Source of the DNA: Nitrospirales bacterium
Lineage (GTDB): Bacteria > Nitrospirota > Nitrospiria > Nitrospirales > UBA8639
DNA length: 64,000 nt
Reading direction: 5' to 3'
Assembly (NCBI GenBank): GCA_020027535.1
Contig: JAHRAK010000002.1
Location: forward strand, 4,646 to 68,645
This document shows, one piece after another, positions 49,086 to 59,862 of this stretch (position 1 is the first letter of the stretch; every line of letters starts with the position of its first letter). Both the position numbers and the translations under genes were made by a program. The notes below the pieces were generated by a model, which searched no databases, was not told the DNA's origin, and saw only the letters and a list, made by a program, of their open reading frames with translations.

Positions 49086-49697
49086 ATGTTAATTCCAATG
49101 GTTATTGAGAGTACGAACCGGGGTGAACGGGCGTATGATATTTACTCCCGCCTGTTAAAAGATCGCATTATCTTTCTTGGCGCACCCATCGACGACATAT
49201 TCTCAAACCTCATCATTGCGCAATTACTGTTCCTGGAGGCGGAAGATCCGGAAAAAGACATCAACCTCTATATTAATTCTCCGGGCGGGAGCGTCACCGC
49301 GGGCCTCGGTATTTACGACACCATGCAATACGTCAAACCACCGATTACGACGATTTGTTTGGGGCAAGCGGCCAGCATGGGCGCCCTTCTTCTGGCCGCC
49401 GGCACCACGGGCAAACGCTATGCGCTTCCCAACGCCCGGGTGATGATTCATCAACCGATGGGAGGCTTTCAGGGACAGGCGACGGAGATCGATATTCACG
49501 CACGTGAGATTCTGAAAATCCGCGATCGACTCAACCAGATCCTTGCGCAACATACGGGTCAGGGGTTGGAGAAAATCAGCCAGGATACCGAGCGAGATTA
49601 TTTCATGTCGGGCACGGAAGCCAGAGACTATGGCCTCATCGATGAAGTCATTCTCAGGGCGTCGGAAAAGGAACAGGCCGGCTCGAACGGCGCCTAA
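49086..49697 (+). CDS. clpP: ATP-dependent Clp protease proteolytic subunit
   Basis: Contains [52 protein letters not shown] (catalytic Ser) and MIHQP. Confidence 0.96.
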   Translation: MLIPMVIESTNRGERAYDIYSRLLKDRIIFLGAPIDDIFSNLIIAQLLFLEAEDPEKDINLYINSPGGSVTAGLGIYDTMQYVKPPITTICLGQAASMGALLLAAGTTGKRYALPNARVMIHQPMGGFQGQATEIDIHAREILKIRDRLNQILAQHTGQGLEKISQDTERDYFMSGTEARDYGLIDEVILRASEKEQAGSNGA

Positions 49698-49720
49698 CCC
49701 CTGAACGCCTGCCCACTCCC

Positions 49721-50980
49721 ATGGCAAAGCCGATCAAATCAGACGAGAATCTTCGGTGTTCGTTCTGCGGGAAAAGCCGCGATCAAGTGCGTAAACTGAT
49801 CGCGGGTCCCACCGCGTACATTTGTGACGAATGCGTGGGCCTGTGTAATGAAATCATGGCCGAAGAATGGCAAGAGGCCAAAGAAGAAATCTCCTCAAAA
49901 CTTCGAAAACCCGCCGAGATCAATCGCCACCTGGATCAATACATCATCGGCCAGACCCGCGCAAAAAAAATTCTCTCGGTTGCCGTTCACAATCACTATA
50001 AACGCATCGCCGCTAATGAAACCGGAGACGTCGAGCTCCAAAAGGGCAACATTCTGATGATCGGGCCGACGGGAACCGGGAAAACTTTATTGGCCCAAAC
50101 CCTCGCCGATTATCTCGACGTGCCGTTTACCCTGGCCGATGCCACCACCTTAACCGAGGCGGGGTACGTCGGAGAAGACGTCGAGAACATTATTTTGAAA
50201 CTGCTGCAAGCCGCGGACTATGAAGTGGAACGCGCCGAGCGCGGCATCATTTATATTGATGAGATCGACAAAATCACGCGGAAGGCCGACGGCCCCTCCA
50301 TTACCCGCGACGTGTCGGGGGAAGGCGTGCAACAAGCCCTGCTCAAATTAATAGAAGGCACGGTGGCCAACGTGCCGCCGCAAGGCGGCCGGAAACATCC
50401 GCATCAGGAATTCATCCAAGTCGATACCAAAAATATCCTGGTCATTTGTGGGGGGGCCTTTGTCGGGCTTGAACCCATTGTCGAACGACGCCTGAATCGA
50501 AATCGCATGGGCTTCAAATCGGACAGGCCCGCCTCGCCGCAGGATCACGCCTTGTCCCTGTTGGCCCATATCCAACCGGAAGACTTGCTTCAATATGGGT
50601 TGATTCCCGAATTCATCGGGCGATTGCCGGTGGTGACCACGCTTGAAGAGTTGGACGAACACGCGTTGGTGCAGATTTTGACCGAACCTAAGAATGCCTT
50701 GGCCAAGCAGTATCAAAAGCTGTTGTCCTTCGACAAAGTGAAACTGAAATTTACGGATGGGGCGCTCAAGGCCATTGCCAGAAAAGCCCATGCTCAAAAA
50801 ACCGGGGCACGGGGTCTTCGCGCGATCCTCGAAGAGGTGATGCTTGATATTATGTACGAGGTCCCCTCGCAAACCGAGATCAAGGAAGTGGTAATTACCG
50901 AAGACGTGATTCTGAAGAAGGGCGAACCGTTTAAATTTTTCGAATCGTCAAAAAGCATGAAACCTGCGGTTGGCTCGTAA
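49721..50980 (+). CDS. clpX: ATP-dependent Clp protease ATP-binding subunit ClpX
   Basis: Contains [27 protein letters not shown] (zinc finger), [15 protein letters not shown] (Walker A), IIYIDEIDK (Walker B) and [16 protein letters not shown]. Confidence 0.96.
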   Translation: MAKPIKSDENLRCSFCGKSRDQVRKLIAGPTAYICDECVGLCNEIMAEEWQEAKEEISSKLRKPAEINRHLDQYIIGQTRAKKILSVAVHNHYKRIAANETGDVELQKGNILMIGPTGTGKTLLAQTLADYLDVPFTLADATTLTEAGYVGEDVENIILKLLQAADYEVERAERGIIYIDEIDKITRKADGPSITRDVSGEGVQQALLKLIEGTVANVPPQGGRKHPHQEFIQVDTKNILVICGGAFVGLEPIVERRLNRNRMGFKSDRPASPQDHALSLLAHIQPEDLLQYGLIPEFIGRLPVVTTLEELDEHALVQILTEPKNALAKQYQKLLSFDKVKLKFTDGALKAIARKAHAQKTGARGLRAILEEVMLDIMYEVPSQTEIKEVVITEDVILKKGEPFKFFESSKSMKPAVGS

Positions 50981-51084
50981 CGGGTGGACCGGAGCCTTCC
51001 TGGTCGCCGGGACGGTCGAAGCACCCGGTGACAATGCCCCCATCACGGGGCGCACACTCAATCCGCACGTTGTCACGTCAATCT

Positions 51085-53868
51085 TCAACTGCCGAAGCGT
51101 CGAGCGGCTTTTTTGGTCGCGAACCGTTTGCTCTTGCCGCCGCCCTCCACGTCGTTCTTGCGCGGTGCGAACTCGAAGCCGAATTTACCGGAACGATCGG
51201 AGAGGTCGATCGTGAGATGGGCCGCGAACTGGCGTCTGTTCTTCTTCGACACGAAGCCTTGCAGGAGATCGGTTTTGCCCGTGTCCAGCAATTGCCGCAC
51301 TTCACCGGCAGCGATCGGGCGATTCAGAATCTGCCGGCCGATCTTGAAATCACAGGCCCCTTCGTCCTTCAGCCCGTTGCTGCAGACGTATCGTCTTGGC
51401 GTATTAAGCACCAGCGCGCCACACTTGGGACAAGGACCGACTTGGTCGCAAGTCTGCGGATCAACGTTGTCGTCCTCGGTGGTCTCACCAAAATCAAAGG
51501 CCGTGGTGCAATCGTCCTTGATAATCACCTCCGCGGCAAATTCGCGGCCGAGACGGCTGCGGAAACCGTTCAGCGGGCCGAGGCGCCGGTCACGCAACAG
51601 GATGGTCACCTCGTTGGCTGACAATTCCCGCCCGGCAATGGATTTCCAAATCGAGAAATCACACGTTTCGCAAACAAACTTGCGATAGTTCTCTCTCACC
51701 GTGCCCTTGCCGCACTTGGGACAGGGAACGTCGAGAATGGCGTATTCGTCGTCAATCCGGTCAACGTCACACTGCCGGGCGGCCTCGACAATATCCGCGG
51801 TCATCCTGCGAATGTGCCGCATAAAGTCCTCGGAGGAGAACTGGTCGCCTTCGATCTGCTTCAGTTTCTTTTCCCACTCGCCGGTCAATTCGGCCGTGGT
51901 CAATTCGTCAATTTTGAGGGCGCGCAACAACCTGAGCAGCGTCGTGGCCTTGGCCGTCGGAATCAATTCACGGGCGTCGCGCAGGATGTAACGGTTGCGG
52001 ATCAACTCCTCGATGATCGCAGCGCGCGTCGCGGGCGTGCCAAGACCACGACCCTGCATGGCTTCGCGCAACTCATCGTCTTCCATCAGTTTGCCCGCGC
52101 CTTCCATCGCGGACAACAGGGTCGCCTCGTTATAACGCGGTGATGACTTGGTTTGCTTGTCTTCCATTTCGATTTCGACCGTCCTGGCCTTTTCGGAGCT
52201 ATCCGTGGCGGCACCCGAGAGCGGAGGCAACGTCTCGTTGCTTTCCTTGCGCCCCATCACCTGCAACCAGCCGCTCTCGATCAGCACCCGCCCACGGGTC
52301 TCAAAGGTCTGGGTTTCAACGACCGTGCGGCGCAAGGTGTTTTCAAAGCGGGCCGGAGGGTAGAAGGCTGCGATGAAACAGCGAGTGACCAGTTCATAAA
52401 TGCGACGTTCCTGTTCTTTCAGTTTACCCGGCACTTCTCCGGTTGGAATGATGGCAAAGTGATCGGACACCTGGGCGTTGTTGAAAATGCGCCTGTTTTT
52501 GCCGTTGATGTAGTTTTCTTGGAGTACCTGTTCGGCCCAGTGGCTGATCGGCCGGTCGCCCTTCTCGCCGTCCGGCGGCATGGTGCCCGGTCCGGTGGAA
52601 ACCAGCGACTGCATAACCTTTCTGGCCGTCTCCGGGTAATCTTCGGGTAACGTCCGCGAATCGGTACGCGGGTAGGTCAGGACCTTGTGGCGTTCGTACA
52701 GCGCCTGCGCGATGCCGAGTGTGGACTTTGCCGAGAACCCGAACCGCCGGTTCGCTTCGCGCTGGAGCGAGGTCAGGTCAAACAGCATCGGTGACTGCTG
52801 GCTCGATGGCTTCGTGGTTTCTGACGCACGGCCTTCCCGATTCGTACATTGCGCGACGATAGACTCGGCTCGGGTCTTGTCCCAGATGCGCTCCGGCTTC
52901 GCGGTGCCATGCTGATCCTTGGCCGCACCTTGTGTGACGCCTTGCTTTGACCGGGCTTGCAATTGCGGATCAACCCAGTACCCTTCGTACCGGCCGGAGG
53001 CAATCGCGAAGATGGCCTTGACTTCCCAATACTCACGAGGCTCGAAGTGCTGGATCTCTTTCTCGCGGTCGACAAGGAGCGCCAGCGTCGGAGTTTGCAC
53101 CCGCCCCACCGTGGTCAGCGAAAACCCGCCGCCGCTTGAATTCAGCGCGGTCATCGCCCGGGTGGCATTGATCCCGATAAGCCAGTCGGACTCCGAGCGA
53201 CACACGGCGGCACGCTGAAGTGGTAACAATGTCTCGCCGTCACGAAGACGTTGAAAACCATCGCGAATCGCCTGAGGGGTCATGGATTGCAACCATAGGC
53301 GCTGCACCGGCTTTGAACCCTTGAAGTGGCGGATCAGGTAATGGAAGATCAACTCGCCTTCGCGGCCGGCGTCGCAGGCGTTGATGACGCGGTCAATATC
53401 CTTACGCGCATAGAGTTTCTTGATCAGTTTGAGTTGCGATTCATTCTGCTGGATCGGTTTCAGTTCAAAGTGATCGGGAATCACCGGGAGGTTGGCGAGC
53501 GCCCACTTCCCGCGCTGGACTTCGACTCCTTCGGGCGCCACCAGTTTGAGCATGTGACCGACCGCCGACGTCACGACGTGGTGCGGCCCTTCGAAGAAAT
53601 TTTTCTCGTTCTGAAAACCACCGAGCGCCTTGGTGATGTCACGGGCCACTGAGGGCTTCTCGGTAATGACCAGAGTCTTGCCTTCTCCTTCGGCGAGGCG
53701 GGGGAGAGCCTTCTTCTTGGGTGCGGTGGACGTACGGGGGGGCATCGTCACACTATCAGGTTTTCTGTCATGAAACGGAACTCCTGCTTCCTTGTGTGGC
53801 CGTGCAACACGACCTCTTGACTCACTCACGTGATCAGGATCGGTGGCATCCTGGTCCACTGCCATCAT
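51085..53868 (-). CDS. topB: Type IA DNA topoisomerase, topoisomerase III-like, with C-terminal zinc ribbons and Toprim_Crpt-type repeats
   Basis: The Toprim region TLVITEKPSVARDITKALGG...VVTSAVGHMLKL...NACDAGREGELIF resembles Bacillus TopB rather than the TopA ESPAKAKTI type. Also contains TYPRTDSRTLPED (catalytic Tyr). The C-terminus has CPKCGKG..CETC and IAGRELSANEVTILLRDRRLGPLNGFRSRLGREFAAEV repeats. An alternative start is at 53745. Confidence 0.88.
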   Translation of the reverse strand: MMAVDQDATDPDHVSESRGRVARPHKEAGVPFHDRKPDSVTMPPRTSTAPKKKALPRLAEGEGKTLVITEKPSVARDITKALGGFQNEKNFFEGPHHVVTSAVGHMLKLVAPEGVEVQRGKWALANLPVIPDHFELKPIQQNESQLKLIKKLYARKDIDRVINACDAGREGELIFHYLIRHFKGSKPVQRLWLQSMTPQAIRDGFQRLRDGETLLPLQRAAVCRSESDWLIGINATRAMTALNSSGGGFSLTTVGRVQTPTLALLVDREKEIQHFEPREYWEVKAIFAIASGRYEGYWVDPQLQARSKQGVTQGAAKDQHGTAKPERIWDKTRAESIVAQCTNREGRASETTKPSSQQSPMLFDLTSLQREANRRFGFSAKSTLGIAQALYERHKVLTYPRTDSRTLPEDYPETARKVMQSLVSTGPGTMPPDGEKGDRPISHWAEQVLQENYINGKNRRIFNNAQVSDHFAIIPTGEVPGKLKEQERRIYELVTRCFIAAFYPPARFENTLRRTVVETQTFETRGRVLIESGWLQVMGRKESNETLPPLSGAATDSSEKARTVEIEMEDKQTKSSPRYNEATLLSAMEGAGKLMEDDELREAMQGRGLGTPATRAAIIEELIRNRYILRDARELIPTAKATTLLRLLRALKIDELTTAELTGEWEKKLKQIEGDQFSSEDFMRHIRRMTADIVEAARQCDVDRIDDEYAILDVPCPKCGKGTVRENYRKFVCETCDFSIWKSIAGRELSANEVTILLRDRRLGPLNGFRSRLGREFAAEVIIKDDCTTAFDFGETTEDDNVDPQTCDQVGPCPKCGALVLNTPRRYVCSNGLKDEGACDFKIGRQILNRPIAAGEVRQLLDTGKTDLLQGFVSKKNRRQFAAHLTIDLSDRSGKFGFEFAPRKNDVEGGGKSKRFATKKAARRFGS

Positions 53869-54072
53869 CCTATGGGGCGCAACCTCTCGAGACGGGGGTG
53901 CCCTATCAACACGTTTCCGGGATTCTTAACCGGCCGCCGTTCTGCGACGAGCCCGTCTACCCCTGACCCGACCTCCTGATATAACAGGAACCGGGCACCT
54001 GTTGAATACAGCCTCGCAATTCCAGGCTTAACAGGAGACTCATCACTTCGGCACGATCAAACGGCGCTTCCG

Positions 54073-55083
54073 TCAACACCTCGTCAATCGAGACAGGCTC
54101 ATCATGAAACAGAGACAGCACTCGCCGTTCTTGGGTGGTGAAGACCGGAGGGCCGTTTCCTGAAAACCGGCATTCTTTACTCGATCGTGAAAGGGTCCGT
54201 CAAGCTGGGGGAGCAATTCTTCAACGACGTCTCGCGCCTCTTCCACGAGTTTGGCTCCTTGTTTGATGAGTCCATGTGCCCCCCGATGTTTCCCGTCTCT
54301 GACGGAACCCGGGATGGCAAACACCTCACGGTTCTGCTCAAGCGCAAATCGTGCCGTGATCAACGCGCCACTTTTTTGATTGACTTCCGAGACGATCACG
54401 CCTAACGACAACCCGCTGATAATCCGATTTCGTCGAGGAAAATGATACGGCAGCGGGGGAGACCCGAGCGGCAATTCCGACACCACTGCGCCATTGACTT
54501 CAATGTCCTTTCGCAATTGTCGATGTTCCGGCGGATAGGTTCGATCCACGCCACACCCGACGACGGCAATCGTCCTGGCCTTGGCCGTCAGCGCGCCTCG
54601 ATGGACTGCCGCGTCAATTCCCCTGGCCAATCCACTGACAATCGTAAACCCCATCTCGGCCAAACGTTGACTGAGCTCTTGCGTCATGAGCGCCCCCGAT
54701 GGGGTTGCGTTTCTTGATCCCACAATCGCCACGGCATGATCGTCAGACGACGGCAGTGTGCCGCGAACGTACAACAAAGGCGGTGGATCAGGGATCATGG
54801 CCAGCCGACGAGGATAGGTGGCATCCAAAATCGTAATGATCGAACTCCCTCCCTTTTCGATCAGCCGCATTTCTTTGCGAACGTGCGCCATCACGCTTGG
54901 ATCAGGTTCCTTTCGCAAGGAAGTCACAACGGAAGAGCGCAATCCGGCTACGTGCCGCAACTCAGACGAGGAAGCAGACCGCACCTCCTTCGGCCCGCCA
55001 AAATGCCGAACGAGTGTACAGATGGTCCCGTCACTTAACCCTTTCACTGACCGCAAGGTCAGCCATGCTTCCAGCCGTTCCAT
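54073..55083 (-). CDS. dprA: DNA-processing protein DprA/Smf (C-terminal winged-helix domain displaced into another frame, 53958-54190)
   Basis: Contains IVGSRNATPSGALMTQELSQRLAEMGFTIVSGLARGIDAAVHRGAL, VVGCGVDRTYPPEH and LPYHFPRRNRIISGLSLGVIVSE...SGALITARFALEQNREVFAIPG. The tail of the ORF is out-of-frame junk. Confidence 0.9.
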   Translation of the reverse strand: MERLEAWLTLRSVKGLSDGTICTLVRHFGGPKEVRSASSSELRHVAGLRSSVVTSLRKEPDPSVMAHVRKEMRLIEKGGSSIITILDATYPRRLAMIPDPPPLLYVRGTLPSSDDHAVAIVGSRNATPSGALMTQELSQRLAEMGFTIVSGLARGIDAAVHRGALTAKARTIAVVGCGVDRTYPPEHRQLRKDIEVNGAVVSELPLGSPPLPYHFPRRNRIISGLSLGVIVSEVNQKSGALITARFALEQNREVFAIPGSVRDGKHRGAHGLIKQGAKLVEEARDVVEELLPQLDGPFHDRVKNAGFQETALRSSPPKNGECCLCFMMSLSRLTRC

Positions 55084-55132
55084 GGTTCAGAAGAACCGCA
55101 CACAAGACATGGGTGGGATGGGCACCAGTCGG

Positions 55133-56656
55133 CTAGCTCGCACTTTCTTCCAACACCACAATATCATACTGCTCAAGGGGGAGCAGGGGATCGGCATTCA
55201 CCATAATCCGGCAATGAAATTCCCGTTGGAGTCGCTCAAGCGTTTCGGGCTCGGTCTCTTGCAGCATCTCCACGATATGAGGATGAGCCCCGACCACCAC
55301 GGTTTGCTGTCCGGCGGCTCGTCCGATTCGTCGGATATCGCGAAACATATCGTACACCACCGTGAGTGCGGATCGCGTATAGCCACGACCATCGCAATCG
55401 GAGCACACGTCTGAGAGCGTCCGGAGCAAGTCTTCCCGAACGCGTTCCCGGGAAATCTCGACCAACCCCAAGTCGCTGATACGAGAAATACGCGTTCGCG
55501 CTTTATCGTTGACCATCGCGTCCACGAGGGCTTGATAGACTTTGTCGCGATTCCGTCCTCGTTCCATATCGATAAAATCGATAATAATAATTCCCCCTAT
55601 TCCGCGAAGTTTAATCTGGTAGGCAACCTCGCGAGCCGCCTCCAGGTTGTTTCTCAAAATCGTTTCTTCCTGATCGCGTTTGCCGACGTAACGCCCCGTG
55701 TTCACGTCGACGACCGTCATGGCTTCCGCATGATCGATCACAATGTGGCCTCCGGACTTGAGCCACACTTTCCGGCTCAAGGCTCGAGAGAGTTCCATCT
55801 CGATCCCCAAATGCTCGAACAAACTCTCATCCTTGTCATAATGAAAAATTCGAGACGTTTGGTCGGGAAGGTACAACCGAACAAACTCTTTGACCGCGTC
55901 ACATTCCTCTTTCGAATCGATGAGCAGCCTCTTGACGTTTTTGGTAAATAAATCCCGTACCACTCGAAGCGTCAGATCCAAGTCCGTATGCAACGCGGCA
56001 GGAGCAGATGAGACCTCCTGCTTCTTGACAATATCCTTCCACATCGCGGTGAGAAACCCGACGTCAGATTTGAGATCCTCCTCGCTGACCCCCTCGCTCA
56101 CCGTCCGGACAATGTACCCATAACCCGGCTCACGAATGCGTTTCATAATGTCTTTGAGCCGACTGCGCTCATCTTCCTCGGCAATGCGTCGTGAGACTCC
56201 GACGTGATCGACGTTCGGCATCAGCACCAGGAACCGTCCCGGCAATGAGCAATAGGACGTCACCCGGGGGCCTTTGGTTCCTATCGGGCCTTTGGAAATC
56301 TGGACGACGAGTTCCTGATTTTCTTCCAATAACTCTTGAATGGGCAGCACCGTTTGCCGTTGAGGACGCGGGAACTCCGGCCCCTTCTCATCTTCGTCAC
56401 TTTCCACTAAAATATCGCCGGGTTCAGTGCCCACCGACAGATCCGACACGTGCATAAAGGCGGCGCGTTCCAGCCCAATATTAACAAACGCCGCTTGCAT
56501 GCCTGGCAGCACTTTCACGACTTTGCCTTTATAGACGTTGCCCACAAAATCCTTTTTCTTGGCTCGGTCTACGTATAATTCCGTCACCACCTTATTCTCC
56601 AAAACCGCCACCCGCGTTTCTTGCGGGGTTCTATTGATGGCAATCTCAACACCCAT
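55133..56656 (-). CDS. rng: Ribonuclease G / RNase E-G family (Rne/Rng catalytic domain only)
   Basis: The S1 domain reads GNVYKGKVVKVLPGMQAAFVNIGLERAAFMHVSD. Also contains GGIIIIDFIDM and VEISRER. It is 507 aa and located after the mre/mrd operon, as in E. coli. Confidence 0.9.
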   Translation of the reverse strand: MGVEIAINRTPQETRVAVLENKVVTELYVDRAKKKDFVGNVYKGKVVKVLPGMQAAFVNIGLERAAFMHVSDLSVGTEPGDILVESDEDEKGPEFPRPQRQTVLPIQELLEENQELVVQISKGPIGTKGPRVTSYCSLPGRFLVLMPNVDHVGVSRRIAEEDERSRLKDIMKRIREPGYGYIVRTVSEGVSEEDLKSDVGFLTAMWKDIVKKQEVSSAPAALHTDLDLTLRVVRDLFTKNVKRLLIDSKEECDAVKEFVRLYLPDQTSRIFHYDKDESLFEHLGIEMELSRALSRKVWLKSGGHIVIDHAEAMTVVDVNTGRYVGKRDQEETILRNNLEAAREVAYQIKLRGIGGIIIIDFIDMERGRNRDKVYQALVDAMVNDKARTRISRISDLGLVEISRERVREDLLRTLSDVCSDCDGRGYTRSALTVVYDMFRDIRRIGRAAGQQTVVVGAHPHIVEMLQETEPETLERLQREFHCRIMVNADPLLPLEQYDIVVLEESAS

Positions 56657-56819
56657 ATCCTGACTCCTTTATTTCCTCGCCCGAGACGCGCTTGCGACTC
56701 AGTGCGGGAAACCTGACCATGCCCGTTCGGGGATATCGACCCAGAAGCGTGACATGGATTCTACGTTTCGTCAAATGGTCGATCCCAAGCCACGGCCGGG
56801 AAGGCCTCGTGTCAACGGC

Positions 56820-57941
56820 TCACGCCAATAACGTCAGTCTTTCCTTCTTCACACTGAACAGCAGTCCCAACGCGGCCATCGTCACAATGGTCACACTCCC
56901 CCCATAACTGAGTAACGGCAAAGGAATGCCGACAATGGGCGCCAGACCAATGGTCATCCCGACGTTGACCACCATGTTAAACGTCAGCATGCCCACGAGC
57001 CCAATGGCCAACAGGGCACCCAACGTATCTTTGGCCTTCGCCGCAATCTCCAGCCCCAACAACAACAACGCGAGAAAAAGACTGATGCACAGCAACCCAC
57101 CCAAAAACCCCCATTCTTCGGCCAAGACCGCGAAGATGAAATCGGTGTGGCCTTCCGGAAGAAATTTGAATCGAGTTTGCGTCCCACTATGAAACCCTTT
57201 TCCTATTAATTCCCCTGAGCCCACGGCGATGCGAGATTGCAACCCTTGGTAGCCTTTTCCCGCCTGATCATATTCGGGATCCACAAAACTTAAGATCCGC
57301 TCCTTTTGATAGTCATGCAGGGAACCCCATAATTCACTCCAGGCAAAAGGGAACAGCATCAGCGCCGACAAGAGCACCACCCCCAACGTTTTAGACTTGA
57401 TGCCTACGGCAAAAAGCAGCGTGACGTAAATCGACAGAAAGCTGAGACTGCTCCCCAAATCCGGTTGTTTCAGAATCAAGAAAAATCCCGGCAAGGTGAT
57501 CAACGCCGGCACGATAACCCGATACCACCATCCTCGCCGAGTTTGGGTGGAATAATAGACGGCCAACACCAGGAGCATCGGAATCTTCACAAATTCCGAA
57601 GGCTGAAACGCCATGGGCCCCAAGGCAATCCATCGTTGGGCGCCGCGACTGCTCTTCCCGCTGAAGAACACGACCACGAGGAGAAGCAACGCAAATCCGT
57701 ACAGCAGATACGACCATCGAGCGAGTTTATGGTAATCGATTCCCGACACCACCAGAAAGGCTAACGTTCCCACACCGATCCATATCGCCTGTTTCACATA
57801 CAGAGGAAACTGAGTCCCGGACCCCTCTGCCGTCACGCTGTAAATGGTCAGGACCCCCATGGATGACAACACCAGGATGATCCCGCAAAAGCACCAATCA
57901 AACCCGTCTAACCCTCGCCTGCGACTCCACTGTTCACCCAT
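56820..57941 (-). CDS. rodA: Rod shape-determining protein RodA (SEDS peptidoglycan polymerase)
   Basis: An FtsW/RodA/SpoVE-type polytopic protein with ...QPSEFVKIPMLLVLA... and ...LPEGHTDFIFAVLAEEWGFLG... It overlaps the end of mrdA. Confidence 0.92.
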   Translation of the reverse strand: MGEQWSRRRGLDGFDWCFCGIILVLSSMGVLTIYSVTAEGSGTQFPLYVKQAIWIGVGTLAFLVVSGIDYHKLARWSYLLYGFALLLLVVVFFSGKSSRGAQRWIALGPMAFQPSEFVKIPMLLVLAVYYSTQTRRGWWYRVIVPALITLPGFFLILKQPDLGSSLSFLSIYVTLLFAVGIKSKTLGVVLLSALMLFPFAWSELWGSLHDYQKERILSFVDPEYDQAGKGYQGLQSRIAVGSGELIGKGFHSGTQTRFKFLPEGHTDFIFAVLAEEWGFLGGLLCISLFLALLLLGLEIAAKAKDTLGALLAIGLVGMLTFNMVVNVGMTIGLAPIVGIPLPLLSYGGSVTIVTMAALGLLFSVKKERLTLLA

Positions 57942-59832
57942 ACAACCGCGTCCTCTTTTTCATCATCTTGTGGGAAGGCACCGCAAGAGAAGCCTGTGGT
58001 TCCTCTTTCTCATCGACCCCATATGAGAAATAGGCCTCAATCAGTTCTTTTGCCAGAGGGGCTGCCGCAGACCCGCCGTGGCCCATGTGCTCAAGCAACA
58101 CGGCCACGGCAATGCCGGGATTTTCGAATGGCGCATAGGCGACAAACCAGGCATGGTCTCGAAATTGCTTGGGAACGTCTTCTTCGGATTTCTGACGTAA
58201 TGAGACCACTTGCGCCGTCCCGGTTTTCCCCGCAATCTTGACCATCGAAGATCGAGCCCGTCGCGCCGTCCCCTCGGTGACCACCGCTGCAAGAGCCGCC
58301 TGAATGGCTTCCAGTTGATGCGGTTGTAACGCAAGGGAGGGGGCTTGCGTCGGATTCCATTTCTCAATCCATTCGCCCCCTCGCTCACGCACTCCACGAA
58401 CGACATGCGGTTGAGCCGAAATCCCATTGTTGCCAATCGTGGCGATCACTTTCGCCATTTGAAGTGGTGTGACCGTGACATAACCTTGTCCGATCGCCAC
58501 GGAAATGGTTTCACCAGGGTACCATGGTTCACCCAGTGCCTGTCGTTTCCATTCCGTGGACGGGATGAGTCCCGTTCCTTCAGCAGGGAGGTCAATGCCC
58601 GTTCTCGCTCCTAACCCGAACTGTTTCGCATAGGTCGCAATGGTCTCCACACCCATGCGATGGCCTAATCGATAAAAATACACGTCACACGAGTCGGTGA
58701 TCGCCTTATGTAAATCGACCGCGCCATGACCATACTTCTTCCAATCCCGAAAGGTTCGGTTGCCCAATCGAAACCTTCCACCACAATGAAGCGTATCGGT
58801 GAGACCAATGGCATTGGTCTCAAGGCCAGCCGTCGCCATAATGATTTTAAACGTGGAACCTGGAGGATACTGGCCTTGAATCGCTCGGTTCGTCAGAGGA
58901 TGGCTCGTGTCCTGAAGAATGTCGTTCCATTCATCGGAACGTAACCCACGGGACAAGGCATTAGGGTCAAAACTTGGTCGACTGGCCAAGGCCAGGACTT
59001 CCCCCGTTCGCGGGTCCAATGCCACAATCGCTCCGGCTTCTTCTCCCAACAAATCTTCCGCCAATTTCTGTAAACGAAAGTCTATCGTGAGATGCACGTC
59101 GTTTCCCACTTTCGGCTTGTCCGCGGAGATCATACGCTTCTCATGACCCAAGGCATTGACCTCGATGAGTTTTCGCCCTGCCCGCCCTCGCAAGGCCTTC
59201 TCATAGATCTGTTCCACGCCATATTGGCCTATGACGCTGCCCAGGGAAAGCCCTTGAAACTCTTCCCGTGCGAGTTGTTCCTCCGAGGCGCTGCCCACGT
59301 ACCCGAGCACGTGGGCAGCGTAGGCACCTTGAGGATTGTTCCGCTGAAACTCCGGACGAATCACCACGCCGGGCAGATCCAACCGATGCGATTCGACAAG
59401 AGCCGCTTCTTTGAGACTGACACCTTTCTTAAGGCGGATCGGCGTTCTCTCGCCGTGGGCCTGAATCTTTTTGTTCAACTTACGTTTGTCCAACGACAAC
59501 AACTTGACGAGTTTCCCAATCAGGGCTTCACGAGCCGGCACGTCGCTGAGTTGAACGTACAAGCTGAAACTCGGGACGCTATTCGCCAGCACTATCCCGT
59601 TTCGGTCATAAATAAATCCGCGAACTGGATGTAACAACACCGATCGGGTCCGATTATCATGAGAAAGACTTCGATAGTACGTCCCATCACGAACTTGCAG
59701 CTGCCATAACCGCACGACCAATAGCCCGACAATGATCAACACCACGATTTTGATGAACAGTAAGCGTCCCTGGATGTCAGCTAATCCGGTTGACTGGAAA
59801 CCAGGATCAGTCATTGCCTGCTTCACCGACAA
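57934..59832 (-). CDS. mrdA: Penicillin-binding protein 2 (elongasome transpeptidase)
   Basis: Contains PGSTFKII (SxxK), ...SCD..., KIAGKTGTAQV (KTG) and the PBP dimerisation region RGFIYDRNGIVLANS. Confidence 0.92.
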   Translation of the reverse strand: MSVKQAMTDPGFQSTGLADIQGRLLFIKIVVLIIVGLLVVRLWQLQVRDGTYYRSLSHDNRTRSVLLHPVRGFIYDRNGIVLANSVPSFSLYVQLSDVPAREALIGKLVKLLSLDKRKLNKKIQAHGERTPIRLKKGVSLKEAALVESHRLDLPGVVIRPEFQRNNPQGAYAAHVLGYVGSASEEQLAREEFQGLSLGSVIGQYGVEQIYEKALRGRAGRKLIEVNALGHEKRMISADKPKVGNDVHLTIDFRLQKLAEDLLGEEAGAIVALDPRTGEVLALASRPSFDPNALSRGLRSDEWNDILQDTSHPLTNRAIQGQYPPGSTFKIIMATAGLETNAIGLTDTLHCGGRFRLGNRTFRDWKKYGHGAVDLHKAITDSCDVYFYRLGHRMGVETIATYAKQFGLGARTGIDLPAEGTGLIPSTEWKRQALGEPWYPGETISVAIGQGYVTVTPLQMAKVIATIGNNGISAQPHVVRGVRERGGEWIEKWNPTQAPSLALQPHQLEAIQAALAAVVTEGTARRARSSMVKIAGKTGTAQVVSLRQKSEEDVPKQFRDHAWFVAYAPFENPGIAVAVLLEHMGHGGSAAAPLAKELIEAYFSYGVDEKEEPQASLAVPSHKMMKKRTRLYG

Positions 59833-59862
59833 ACCTCATCTTGATGCATCTCAGGACGTCCT

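Noticed and set aside
51085-53868. Calling the type IA enzyme topA because of the classic dprA-topA synteny
   Set aside because: The Toprim N-terminus (EKPSVARDI...GHMLKL...DAGREGELI) and the C-terminal repeat type match topoisomerase III rather than the ESPAKAKTI type of TopA, so it is labelled topB-like. Whether it serves as the sole type IA enzyme cannot be judged from this window.
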